Assembly (NCBI GenBank): GCA_031401035.1
Contig: JANNRA010000127.1
Location: 4,001-68,000, forward strand
Origin: a bacterium
GTDB lineage: Bacteria > Desulfobacterota > Binatia > HRBIN30 > CADEER01
Reading direction: 5' to 3'
DNA: 64,000 nt
Part shown: positions 47,616-56,630 of the stretch, in pieces
Layout: every line of letters starts with the position of its first letter
How positions within the stretch are numbered: position 1 is the stretch's first letter
Made by a program: the position numbers and the translations under genes
The notes under the pieces: generated by a model
What the model was told of the DNA's origin: nothing
What the model saw: the letters and a program-made list of their open reading frames with translations, nothing else
Database searches by the model: none

Positions 47616-48331
47616 GGCGCCTCCGTCGCGGCGTCGTCGCGCGCCAGTCGTTCGGACTGCAACAGCGTCGCGGCGGGGCCGGTCTCGACACGGCCGCCAT
47701 GGAAGTGGGCCACATGCGTGGCGTAGCGCTCGGCGAGGTGCCGGGCGTGGGTGACGAAGAGCAGCGCCGTGCCCTCCTCGCGCCGCAACCCCTGCAGCAG
47801 ATCGAGCACGCCGCGCTCGATGACGGCGTCGAGATGATTGGTCGGCTCGTCGAGCAGCAGCAGGCGCGGCCGCCGCACCAATGCCCGCGCCACCAGGGCG
47901 CGCTGCCGCTCGCCGCCCGACAGGGTCCAGTAGCTCTGCGTCTCGCGGCCGGCGAGACCGGCGTGCGCCAGCGCCCAGGCGATGCGCTCGCGGCGCGCGA
48001 CGGCGTCGACGCGCACGCCGACCAGACCGAGGCCGACGAACTCGCGCACGGTGGTCGGCAGGATGGGGTTCGGCGTGCAGCGCTGCGGGACGAAGCCGAC
48101 GGCGGCGCGGTCGCGCAGCGACGGGTGCAGCGTCAGCTGTCCGGCCAGCGGCGCCAGTTCCCCGAGGGCGGCGCGCACGAAGGTCGTCTTGCCCTCGCCG
48201 TTGCGCCCGAGCAGGAACCAGAACTCGCCGGCGCGCACGGTCAGGTCCACGTCGCGCAGCACCGGCGCACCGCCGTAGCCGAGCGAAAGTCCCTGCGCCG
48301 CCAGCAGCAGCGGTGCCTCAGGCGCGCGCAT
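47612..48331 (-). CDS. Metal ABC transporter ATP-binding protein (ZnuC-like)
   Basis: Walker A GRNGEGKTT, signature LSGGERQR, Walker B LLLLDEPTNHLD. Confidence 0.88.
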   Translation of the reverse strand: MRAPEAPLLLAAQGLSLGYGGAPVLRDVDLTVRAGEFWFLLGRNGEGKTTFVRAALGELAPLAGQLTLHPSLRDRAAVGFVPQRCTPNPILPTTVREFVGLGLVGVRVDAVARRERIAWALAHAGLAGRETQSYWTLSGGERQRALVARALVRRPRLLLLDEPTNHLDAVIERGVLDLLQGLRREEGTALLFVTHARHLAERYATHVAHFHGGRVETGPAATLLQSERLARDDAATEAP

Positions 48332-48531
48332 CGTGCCCCTCGGTCGTCCGCCGCGGAGTCACCCCGCGCGCCTCCTTCGGCCCGGATCGCGCGGGAAAAT
48401 TGCCATCTGCAACGCAGCGCGCGAATACGATCGGTGCATATTGCCAAGGGGTAGGGCGTCCTATAGCAACAACGTCAGCGTCAGGCGGCGAGAGGCGCCC
48501 GCTGCGCAGCCCAGAAAGGACGACGACCGCG

Positions 48532-48792
48532 ATGCGTGCAGACCTGAGACTCTCCGACCTCGAGCGCCGCAAGGTGCCAAGCAAGCTGATGAACGTGAAG
48601 GTGCCCGACAACGTCAGCGAGGGCATCGACCGCGTTGCTGAGGAACTCGGGTGCTCGAAGACCGCCGTGGTCATCGCCCTGCTCAACGAAGGCCTCGACG
48701 CCGCCCTGGCGACGCTGCCACCGCGCAGCGGCAAAGCGACGCCGCGCCTGCCGCGCCGCGGTCGCCCGCCCCTGCCGCTGCCGACGTCGTAA
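48532..48792 (+). CDS. Ribbon-helix-helix (CopG/Arc-like) protein
   Basis: 86 aa. KLMNVKVPDNVSEGIDRVAEELGCSKTAVVIALLNEGL fits a beta-strand plus two helices, followed by a Pro/Arg-rich tail. It is divergent from the znuC-like gene. Confidence 0.5.
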   Translation: MRADLRLSDLERRKVPSKLMNVKVPDNVSEGIDRVAEELGCSKTAVVIALLNEGLDAALATLPPRSGKATPRLPRRGRPPLPLPTS

Positions 48793-48831
48793 CGCATTCA
48801 CCACGCACGGGCACGCTGCACGCCATCGGCG

Positions 48832-49587
48832 TCAGTGGGCGTGCGGCGCCAGCAGGCCGAGTCCGGCGATCAGCGCCATGCCGAGAAAGAACGGCACGGC
48901 GAAGCGCCATTCGTGGCGGGTGTTCGACCGGTGTAGCTCGGGCATCAGGTCCGACGCGGCGATGTAGATGAACATCCCCGCCGTCGCCGCCATGAACCAC
49001 GGCAGGTGTGCCTCGATGGGCGCCTGGAAGGCGAAGCACAGCAGCGCGCCGAGCACCGCCGACAGGCCGGAGAGGAAATTAAGCAGCAGCGCCCGCGGGC
49101 GGCTGAAGCCGGAGCGAAGCAGGATGCCGAAGTCGGCGATCTCCTGCGGGATCTCATGGGCGGCGACGGCCAGCGTCGTCGTCAGGCCGAGCGCCGGGTC
49201 GACCAGAAACGTGGCGGCGATGACGATGCCGTCGATGAAATTGTGCATCGTGTCGCCGATCAGAATGAGATAGCCGGAGGCGACGGCGTGGCTGTCCTCG
49301 TGCGTGTGGAAGCCGTGCAGGAAGCGCTCGAGGAGAAAGAATCCGCCCATCGCCGCCAGCGTCGCGATGAAGAAGTTGCCCTGCGCGTGGCCGGCGCGTT
49401 CGACCGCCTCGGGCAGCAGTTCGAGGAATGTGGTGGCGAGCAGCACGCCGGCGGCGAAACTGACGAACAGCAGGGCGCGACGCTCGTTCCACTCGGTGAA
49501 GAGGAAGACGACGCCGAGCAGCGAGATGGCGCTGACCCCGAACGTGGCGGCGAGCGCCAGCGCGAACGGCGAGAACCCGTCCATCAT
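48832..49587 (-). CDS. ZIP family metal transporter (ZupT-like)
   Basis: HEIPQEIADFGILL signature, HNFIDG motif, 8 TM-like segments. Confidence 0.88.
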   Translation of the reverse strand: MMDGFSPFALALAATFGVSAISLLGVVFLFTEWNERRALLFVSFAAGVLLATTFLELLPEAVERAGHAQGNFFIATLAAMGGFFLLERFLHGFHTHEDSHAVASGYLILIGDTMHNFIDGIVIAATFLVDPALGLTTTLAVAAHEIPQEIADFGILLRSGFSRPRALLLNFLSGLSAVLGALLCFAFQAPIEAHLPWFMAATAGMFIYIAASDLMPELHRSNTRHEWRFAVPFFLGMALIAGLGLLAPHAH

Positions 49588-50540
49588 GGCCGTGGCGCCA
49601 ACAGGTTGAGGTCGATACGCGGCACCTCGCCGGGCGCCAGGAGTACCAGGCGGGCGCGCGGCAGCACCGCCTGCATGGCGTTCAGGTACAGCTCGGTGGC
49701 GGTCTGCTCGGGCGCGGCTTTTTTGCGGGCCAGCAACTCGGCATAGCGCTCGGTGGCGCCGCGCGCCTGCTGCAAGCGCGCATCGGCGCCGCCGCGCGCC
49801 TCCTGCACCAGCCGGCTGGCGTCGCCGCGCGCCAGGCTGACGGCGCGCTCGCGGCCGCTCTGTGCCTCGTTCACCGCGCGCGCCGCGTCGGCCTTGGCGT
49901 CGTTGACGTCGCGAAACGCCTGTGCCGCCTCCGGCGGCGGACTGGCGGACTGCAGGTTGATGCCGAGAAGGGAGATGCCGGCGCCGGCGCCGTCGAGGGT
50001 CGCCTGGGCGGCGCGCCGCACCTCGTTCTGGATCTGCGCCTTCCCCGACGTCAGCACATCATCGACGGGCATGGCGCCGACGGTGCGCACCACGGCCGCG
50101 CGCACCGCCTCGTCGAGCAGCAGCGTCGGATCGTCGACGGCGAACAGGTACTGCCCGAGGCGGCTGATGGTGTACTGCACCACCAGCGTCAGGTCGATGA
50201 AGTTCTCGTCACCGGTGACCAGCGCCAGCTGGCGCGAGAGGTCGTCGCCCACCTCGCGCCGCAGCACCTCGCCGGTGCGCACGCGCGTCAGTCCGTCGAC
50301 GCCCCACGGCAGGCGCGCGCCGAGACCGGGCGGCACGGCATCGTCGATCAGGCGCCCGAAGCGGCGCAGCGCCGCCGACTCGCCGTTGCCGACGACGTAG
50401 ACGGCGTCCGCCGCCGCGGCGAGCAGCGCCAGCCCGAGCAGCACCGCGCCGGCGGCGCGCGGACGCGCCGCGGCCCAGGCGGCGGCGGCGCGGATCCAGC
50501 GCACGCTCGGCGGCTGCTCAGCGCGGTGCGTCGGCGTCAT
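49584..50540 (-). CDS. SPFH/band-7 protein, HflK-like paralog
   Basis: N-terminal TM segment, then the SPFH core (LVTGDENFIDLTLVVQYTI...PPPEAAQAFRDVNDAK) and a coiled-coil tail. There is a 4-nt overlap with the ZIP gene start. Confidence 0.8.
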   Translation of the reverse strand: MTPTHRAEQPPSVRWIRAAAAWAAARPRAAGAVLLGLALLAAAADAVYVVGNGESAALRRFGRLIDDAVPPGLGARLPWGVDGLTRVRTGEVLRREVGDDLSRQLALVTGDENFIDLTLVVQYTISRLGQYLFAVDDPTLLLDEAVRAAVVRTVGAMPVDDVLTSGKAQIQNEVRRAAQATLDGAGAGISLLGINLQSASPPPEAAQAFRDVNDAKADAARAVNEAQSGRERAVSLARGDASRLVQEARGGADARLQQARGATERYAELLARKKAAPEQTATELYLNAMQAVLPRARLVLLAPGEVPRIDLNLLAPRP

Positions 50541-51414
50541 CGGGTCCCTGCAGGGCTCGCAGCAGCGGCGAGTTCGCTTCGAGGAAGATGGTGGTCTGCT
50601 GATCGATAATCTTCTCGTAGGCCTGCAACTGGCGCAGGAAGCGGAAGAAGCCGGGGTCTTCCGCGTAGGCTTCGGAGAACAGGCGCAACGCCTGTGCCTC
50701 GCCGGCGCCGCGGATGCCCTCCGCTTCGGCGCGCGCTTCGGCGAGGATGCGGTCGCGTTCGACCGTCGTCGCCGCCTTGATCTTCAGCGCCTCCTCCTCA
50801 CCCTCGCTGCGGTACTTCGTGGCGATGCGGGCGCGCTCGGCGCGCATGCGGTCGATGACGCTGGCGCGGTTCTGCGCCGGCAGGAAGACGCCGTTGATCT
50901 GCAGGTCGACGACCGCGATGCCGAAGCTGCGGCGCGCCACCGCATCGACCGCGGCGCCGACGCGCGCCGCGATCTCGGCCAACTGCACGCGACCGGGCGC
51001 GGTGCTGATAAAGGCGTCCATCGGCTCGCCGCCGACCGCCGCGCCCATCTCCGCCGCGGCGATGTCGAGCAGGCGCGCCTCGGCCTCGAGGCGCGTCTTG
51101 ACCGTCTGCGTGAACTGCAACGGATCGGCGACGCGCCAGGCGATGAAGCTGTCGAGCAGGATGTTCTTCTTGTCCGCCGTCAGCATTTCGATCGGCTCGT
51201 TGTCGAACACCAACAGGCGCGCGTCGATGCGCACCACCGTGTCGATCGGCCACGGCGCCTTGGCGTGCAGGCCGGGGCCGCGCACGCCGTCGAGCGGCCG
51301 CCCGAAGCGGGTGACGATGGCCTGCTCGCTCTGGTCGACGGTGAACAGCGCCGTCGACAACCACGCCACACCGAGCCCGGCCACCGCCATCGCCGCGCCG
51401 CGTCCAAGACCCAT
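50518..51414 (-). CDS. SPFH/band-7 protein, HflC-like
   Basis: FTVDQSEQAIVTRFGRPL..PGLHAKAPWPIDTVVRIDARL..LTADKKNILLDSFIAWRVADP is an HflC-type pattern. Its ATG overlaps the stop of the upstream fusion gene (TGATG). Confidence 0.82.
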   Translation of the reverse strand: MGLGRGAAMAVAGLGVAWLSTALFTVDQSEQAIVTRFGRPLDGVRGPGLHAKAPWPIDTVVRIDARLLVFDNEPIEMLTADKKNILLDSFIAWRVADPLQFTQTVKTRLEAEARLLDIAAAEMGAAVGGEPMDAFISTAPGRVQLAEIAARVGAAVDAVARRSFGIAVVDLQINGVFLPAQNRASVIDRMRAERARIATKYRSEGEEEALKIKAATTVERDRILAEARAEAEGIRGAGEAQALRLFSEAYAEDPGFFRFLRQLQAYEKIIDQQTTIFLEANSPLLRALQGPDDADAPR

Positions 51415-53690
51415 CAGTTCGCTCCTCGCTCGCCCGGCGGCGTCAGCGCGTCCGGCCCGGTGCCGCGCGGCGCCAGCAGCGGTGCGCCCGGCGGCGCGCT
51501 GCCGGGCGCCGCCTGCCACACCGCCACCTGACGCCCGCCGCTGCCGGCGGGCACGATCAGTTTGTCGCGCCCGGCGAGCACGCGTTCGGCGTTTTCGAGC
51601 CACAGCAGGTCGCCGAGCAGGGCCGGCGCGCCGGCGTAGGCAGCGGCCTCGGCGCTGAAGGCCTCGGCGCGGCCGCGCGCCTCGAGTTCGGCGCTGACGG
51701 CGCCGGCGTGGGCGGTGGCCCGGGTGAGCGCCGCCTGGCCGCGCGCCAGCGGGATCTCGCGCGCCTGCGCGGTGGCGGCGACGTTGATCGCCGTCTCGCG
51801 GTCCTCGCGCGCGCTCGAGACGTCGCGGAAGGCGTCCACCGCCCCCTGCGGCGGGTGCAGGTCGACCACCAGGACGACGCCGACGCGGACGCCGGCGCCG
51901 ATGCGGTCGAGGTGGGCCTGCAGACGCTCGGCCACCGCGGTCTCGAACTCGGCGCGCCCGGCGGTGAGCAGCGCGTCGAGCCGGCGCGTGGCGACGAACT
52001 CGCGCGCCGCCGTCTCGGCGTAGAGGCGCACCGAGTCGCGCTCTTTGTCGACGCCATAAAAGTAGGCTTCGGGGTCGCTGAGGTCGTACTGCACCGCGAA
52101 GCTGATCTCGACCAGGTTCTCGTCGCCGGTCAGGTAGGTCGCCGTCTGCGGGTCGCCGTTGCTCGCCGTCACCGGGCTGTGCCAGAGGTTGGCGCTGGCC
52201 AGGCGGGTGAGCTGGCGGCGGTTGGCGAAGGCCTGCAGGTCGGGCTGGAAACCGACGCTCGCCAGGCGCGGATAGCGGATGCGCCAGACATCAATGCGCC
52301 CGAGTGGCCACGGCGGCACGTAGTGCAGCCCTGGCGCCAGGTCGGGCCAGGCGAGGCGGCCGAAGAGGAATCCGAAACCGCGTGCGTCGGTGGGCACCAT
52401 GCGCACGCCGGCGGCGAGCCAGCCGAACACCACCAGCGCCGCACCGACCTGGACCGCGCGGCGCCCGGCGCGGCGCCAGCGAGCGCGGCGCGCGGCGGCG
52501 TCGGCGTCGGCCGCCAGGCCGAGCAGGCTGTCGGTGTTCTCGACCAGCTCATGCAGGCCCTGGCGCGCCGCCCCGGCCCACAGCCGCCAGGCCATCAGGC
52601 CGGCCAGGCCGGCGGCGCAGAGCCACTGCACCAAGGCGACGCCGCCGAGGCCGCCGCTGAGGGTCGCCGCGACGCGCCAGCCGGTCAACGCCAGCAGCGC
52701 ATCGAGAGCGAGTCCGCAGGCGAGCGCCCCGATGGCGATGCTGGCGACGTAGAGGCGCACGAAGCGCGGCCCGAACTCGCGCGTCAGCAGCACGATCGTC
52801 GCCGCATTGGTCCCCGGACCGGCGAGTAGGAAGACCAGCGCCGCGCCCGGGCTCATGCCTTTGGCGATCAGCGCCGCCGCCACCGGCGTGCTGGCCGAGG
52901 CGCAGATGTACAGCGGCACGCCGATGAGCAGCATGAGCAGCATCGGCGCCAGGCCGCCGCCGAGGCCCCAGGCGGCGAGATCGTCGGGAACTGCCAGGCT
53001 GATCAGCGCCGCCAGGCCGAGGCCGATGACCAGCCAGAAGACGATGTCGTCGAGCAGATCGATGAAGCCGTAGCGGAAGGCGTCGGCCGTCACCGTCTCG
53101 AACGGCCGCACGCCGACCGGCGCCGCATCCTCGGCGCCGCGGCGGCGCGGCGCCAGGTAGACGCGCAGCGCCCGCCAGAAGCCGGCGACGCCGACCACGT
53201 GCGCCTCGTCCGCCGCCTCGTCGTGGCCGTGCGGGTGCGGGGCGGCGGCGGCGGGCAGCGCGGCGGCGCGGGCCGCGTCGGGCCAGGCGATCACGGCGAT
53301 GCCGGCGACGACGGCGGTGACGAAGCTGGCGAGCGGCCGGGCCAGCGCCATGACCGGCCCGAGCATGCCGTAGGTGAGGACGATCGAGTCGACGCCGGAC
53401 TCCGGCGTGGTGATCAGGAACGAGGCGGTGGCCGGGCGGCTGGCGCCCTTGCGGCGCAGGGCCATCGCCACCGGCACGACGCCGCAACTGCAGAGCGGCA
53501 GCGGGATGCCGAAGAGCGCCGCGACGACGACGCCGAGCAGCCCCTCCTGGCCCATCCAGCGCTCGACCAGCCGCCGCGACAGCAGCACGTGCAGCAGCCC
53601 GCCGGCAAACAGGCCGAGGAGGAGGAACGGCGCCGCGACCAGGAGCACATTCCAGGTCTCCCAGAACAGCGATGTGAGGAAGGTCAGCAC
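51414..53690 (-). CDS. Fusion protein: SO_0444/ArsP-type (DUF318) metal permease N-terminal half plus a TM-anchored HflK-like SPFH domain
   Basis: The first ~330 aa (of 758) have the two-repeat permease pattern (IPLPLCSCGVVP... and PLYICASASTPVAAALIAKGMSPGAALVFLLAGPGTN) with a His-rich loop (PHPHGHDEAADEAH). The C-terminal ~350 aa carry an HflK pattern (YLTGDENLVEISFAVQYDLSDPEAYFYGV...PPQGAVDAFRDVSSARED). One uninterrupted frame. Confidence 0.8.
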   Translation of the reverse strand: MLTFLTSLFWETWNVLLVAAPFLLLGLFAGGLLHVLLSRRLVERWMGQEGLLGVVVAALFGIPLPLCSCGVVPVAMALRRKGASRPATASFLITTPESGVDSIVLTYGMLGPVMALARPLASFVTAVVAGIAVIAWPDAARAAALPAAAAPHPHGHDEAADEAHVVGVAGFWRALRVYLAPRRRGAEDAAPVGVRPFETVTADAFRYGFIDLLDDIVFWLVIGLGLAALISLAVPDDLAAWGLGGGLAPMLLMLLIGVPLYICASASTPVAAALIAKGMSPGAALVFLLAGPGTNAATIVLLTREFGPRFVRLYVASIAIGALACGLALDALLALTGWRVAATLSGGLGGVALVQWLCAAGLAGLMAWRLWAGAARQGLHELVENTDSLLGLAADADAAARRARWRRAGRRAVQVGAALVVFGWLAAGVRMVPTDARGFGFLFGRLAWPDLAPGLHYVPPWPLGRIDVWRIRYPRLASVGFQPDLQAFANRRQLTRLASANLWHSPVTASNGDPQTATYLTGDENLVEISFAVQYDLSDPEAYFYGVDKERDSVRLYAETAAREFVATRRLDALLTAGRAEFETAVAERLQAHLDRIGAGVRVGVVLVVDLHPPQGAVDAFRDVSSAREDRETAINVAATAQAREIPLARGQAALTRATAHAGAVSAELEARGRAEAFSAEAAAYAGAPALLGDLLWLENAERVLAGRDKLIVPAGSGGRQVAVWQAAPGSAPPGAPLLAPRGTGPDALTPPGERGAN

Positions 53691-53749
53691 GCAGGTTCGC
53701 TCGGCTCAATACATGGCGCGGCCCCTGGTGTCATGAGAGGGACCACGGA

Positions 53750-53861
53750 GTCCCCCATCCGGGAGCGCGGGCGGCCCGCCCGCCTCCGGAATGGAAGGCG
53801 CCGCGGAGCGGCGCCCTGCAATCCCGAGCGGGCGGGCCGCCCGCGCTCCCGGATGGGGGAC
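53750..53861. repeat. Perfect 34-bp inverted repeat with a 44-nt spacer that contains its own hairpin
   Basis: gtcccccatccgggagcgcgggcggcccgcccgc (53750-53783) is the exact reverse complement of 53828-53861. The spacer contains GGCGCCGC-gga-GCGGCGCC. It lies between the znuA-like stop and the permease-fusion start. Confidence 0.85.
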
Positions 53862-53881
53862 CTTGTCGACGGGCGCCGCCG

Positions 53882-54931
53882 TCATGGGCGGCGCAGCGCC
53901 TGCACCACCTGCTCGACATTGTAATTCACCATGGCGAGGTAGTCGTCTGTGCCGGGACGGGCGCCGACCTGGTTGGCCATGCGTGCCACGCGCGCGCCGG
54001 TCTCGGCGGCGACGAAGTCGGCGTGGCGCGGATCATAGTAGGCATTGGCGAGGATCAGCCGCACGGCGTCCGCCTGCATCATGGTCAGCAACTCCTGCAG
54101 GTGCCGCGTCGTCGGCGGCACGCCCGGCTTGGGCTCGAGATGGCCGACGATGACCAGGCCGAAGCGGCGCGCGAAGTAGGCCCACATTGGATGGTCATCG
54201 ACGGCCTTGGTGCCGAAGTACGGCGCCATGGCGCCAAGCCAGCCGCCGAGCAGAGCCGCATCACCCTGTTGCGCCAGGAAGGGCAGCAGCTTGCCGTACT
54301 CGAAGAGGGTCGCGATCTTCTCGGCGTCGTACTTGCGCGCCAGGGCGGTGCCGACCAGCGCATCGTTGAGGCGGGCACGAAACTCCTCGTAGCGCTGCGC
54401 GAAGGCCCCGGCACTCTCCGGCCGCAGGGCGGCGAGCCGGTCGCGCAAGAGCGCGGCGACGCGCAGACCGTTGAGGGGATCGAGCAGATAGTGCGGACTG
54501 CCGAACGGGTGTACGTCGCCCATGGCGCGATCGATCTGGCCGACCGGCACGTCCAGCGGCGTGATGGCCAGCGACGCGTCGACGAAGCCGGCCTGGCCCG
54601 TCAGGATGCGCGAGTTACGCGCGCCCTGCAGTAACAGCGGGGCGTAGCCGGCCTCCAGTTCGAGGCCGTTCTGAACGTACAGATCTGCGACGCTCATCGC
54701 CTTGACGAAGCTCGGCTTGACCTCGACGAAGTGGGGATCTTCTCCCGCGTTGGCGAGTACGGTCACGGCGACTGCATCGCCGCCGACCGCCTGCACCAGG
54801 CTACCCAGATCGGGCAGGGACGCAACGACGCGCAGCGGCTCGGCGGCGGCGCGGTGAGAGGGATAGGACACGATGGCGGCCAGCAGGACCAGCGGCGCCG
54901 CGACGGAATGCCTCAGCGATTCGTTCCACAT
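53882..54931 (-). CDS. Metal ABC transporter substrate-binding protein (ZnuA/TroA-like)
   Basis: It has a signal peptide. LRVVASLPDLGSLVQAVGGDAVAVTVLANAGEDPHFVEVKPS is the typical cluster-9 SBP N-lobe, and it also has DVHPFGSPHY. Confidence 0.82.
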   Translation of the reverse strand: MWNESLRHSVAAPLVLLAAIVSYPSHRAAAEPLRVVASLPDLGSLVQAVGGDAVAVTVLANAGEDPHFVEVKPSFVKAMSVADLYVQNGLELEAGYAPLLLQGARNSRILTGQAGFVDASLAITPLDVPVGQIDRAMGDVHPFGSPHYLLDPLNGLRVAALLRDRLAALRPESAGAFAQRYEEFRARLNDALVGTALARKYDAEKIATLFEYGKLLPFLAQQGDAALLGGWLGAMAPYFGTKAVDDHPMWAYFARRFGLVIVGHLEPKPGVPPTTRHLQELLTMMQADAVRLILANAYYDPRHADFVAAETGARVARMANQVGARPGTDDYLAMVNYNVEQVVQALRRP

Positions 54932-54942
54932 GGAGGATCACC

Positions 54943-56520
54943 TCAGTACTTGTGCGCGGGATGCGAGCCGTAGAGAACTTCGACGCCGAGCCAGACGCTG
55001 TTCGCGCTCGGATCGCCGGGTAGGAACGGCGTGTTGTCATAGTTGTACTGGAGGCGGATGCGGGAAAACTCGGACGGTTGGTAGACGAGCAACGGCGACA
55101 GACGCCAGCGGTCGGCGCGGAAGGGATCGTTGCGCCGGCTGACCAGTTCGCCGTCCTCGACGCTCTGGCCGTGGCCTGAGGCGTACTCCAGTCGCAACGC
55201 CGCTGCCCAGGGGTGCGCAAAGCCCCACAGCACCTGCGAGTAGAATCCGGCATCGCGCAGGATGTCGCCAGGCAGGTCGTTGGGGAACTCTCCCGGCTCG
55301 TCGGTCCCGCCGTCGCCGTGCGCCGGTGCGCCACCGGCGGCGACCTCTCCCGCCGCGCTCGAGGCGACGAACGGGTCGGCGGTGTAGGCGCGGCTGAGCA
55401 CCTCGCTCTGCCAGACGACGAAGGGCCAGCCGCGGAAGTTCTGCAGCGGGCGCCATTTGAACGTCAGGTCGGTCCCGTAGATGTATGTCGAGGCATCGGC
55501 TCCGGTGGAGTTGGCCCCGTACAGCCCTGAGACGCCGACCAGGGCGCTGAGTTCGGACGAAAGATCCCAGGCGTTGGCCCAGCGGGCCAGGTAGAGAAAG
55601 TCACTCAGATTGCTGACCGTGTCGGTCACGGCTGGGCGGCCGCCGATGCCGCCGTCGGCGTCGAGGAAACTCGGCGTCAGCTCGCCCTCGTCGGCATCCT
55701 GCATGCCGACGCTGAGCTGAGAAAACCACGGCAGCGGCGCCAGCCAACTCACCTCGACGCCGGGCGAGCGCAGGCCCTCCGAACCGAGCAGTCGCGTGAT
55801 GACAAAGGGCTGGTCGAGGTAGGTCCAGGCATGCGCGTGCGTCGGGTTGATGCGGCCGAAGTCGGTGAGGAAGTAGCCGCCCTTCACCTGCAGGTCCCAC
55901 GGCAGCGCGGTGGTGACGACGAACGCCTCCTCGAGTTCCACCGAGCTGTCGGTGAAGATGACGTGCGCCTCGCCGAAGAAATACGGGTCGACCGCGCCGG
56001 CAAGCGACAACTCGCCCTGCTGCAGCGTGAAGCCGCGCCGATTGGGGTCGTGCGCCCCGCCCTGCAGATCGCGCAGCGTCTGCCCGCCGACGGTGGACGA
56101 ACCCGCGGCGGTGAGGATGTCGAACGAGACATCGATCAGCCGCAACTCCGCCCCACCGATGCGGGTCGACAGCAGACTGGGCCGCGCCGAGGCGGCGCCG
56201 AGGCCCGCCGGATCGGCGACGTCGGTCGGCGGGCGCACCTCGGCCAGGGCTCTGTCTATCGCCTGCTCAGCGTTCGGCGTCGGCGCCGCCGCCGCCGCCG
56301 GCACCGCGGCGGTTGGCGCGGCGACCCGTTCGAGCCGTTGCTGTAACTGCTGGATCTGCTGTTGCTGCTCGGCGTTCTGCTCGATGAGCTGTTGCATCTG
56401 GCGCTTGAGCGTTTCGAGCTCGGCGGCCGTGTCGGCGCGCGCCGGCGCGCCGACGGCGACCCCGGCGAGCAGCGCCAGCGCGGCGAACGGCGAGCGTCGC
56501 CTGTGCTGCGATGGAATCAT
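54943..56520 (-). CDS. Putative outer-membrane porin with an N-terminal Gln-rich coiled coil
   Basis: Signal peptide (FAALALLAGVAVGAPARA), coiled coil ELETLKRQMQQLIEQNAEQQQQIQQLQQRLE, a beta-rich body and a C-terminal ..VEVLYGSHPAHKY. It lies 11 nt upstream of the znuA-like gene. Confidence 0.6.
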   Translation of the reverse strand: MIPSQHRRRSPFAALALLAGVAVGAPARADTAAELETLKRQMQQLIEQNAEQQQQIQQLQQRLERVAAPTAAVPAAAAAPTPNAEQAIDRALAEVRPPTDVADPAGLGAASARPSLLSTRIGGAELRLIDVSFDILTAAGSSTVGGQTLRDLQGGAHDPNRRGFTLQQGELSLAGAVDPYFFGEAHVIFTDSSVELEEAFVVTTALPWDLQVKGGYFLTDFGRINPTHAHAWTYLDQPFVITRLLGSEGLRSPGVEVSWLAPLPWFSQLSVGMQDADEGELTPSFLDADGGIGGRPAVTDTVSNLSDFLYLARWANAWDLSSELSALVGVSGLYGANSTGADASTYIYGTDLTFKWRPLQNFRGWPFVVWQSEVLSRAYTADPFVASSAAGEVAAGGAPAHGDGGTDEPGEFPNDLPGDILRDAGFYSQVLWGFAHPWAAALRLEYASGHGQSVEDGELVSRRNDPFRADRWRLSPLLVYQPSEFSRIRLQYNYDNTPFLPGDPSANSVWLGVEVLYGSHPAHKY

Positions 56521-56630
56521 TCCCCTCGTCTCCTCGACTGCGTGCGCGCGCCACAGCCGCGCTACACGGCTGGCGTCGCGACCACGGGGTCGCGCCGCGC
56601 GGATCGACCAGTTACGGACGGATCGGCTGT

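Noticed and set aside
48332-48531. Zur/Fur box, or promoters defined by the ATTGCCA direct repeat, in the znuC/RHH divergent region
   Set aside because: ATTGCCA occurs twice (about 48399 and 48440), with possible -10-like hexamers, but the spacings are suboptimal. There is no palindrome resembling a Zur box. This is too weak to annotate and is mentioned only under the metal-island finding.
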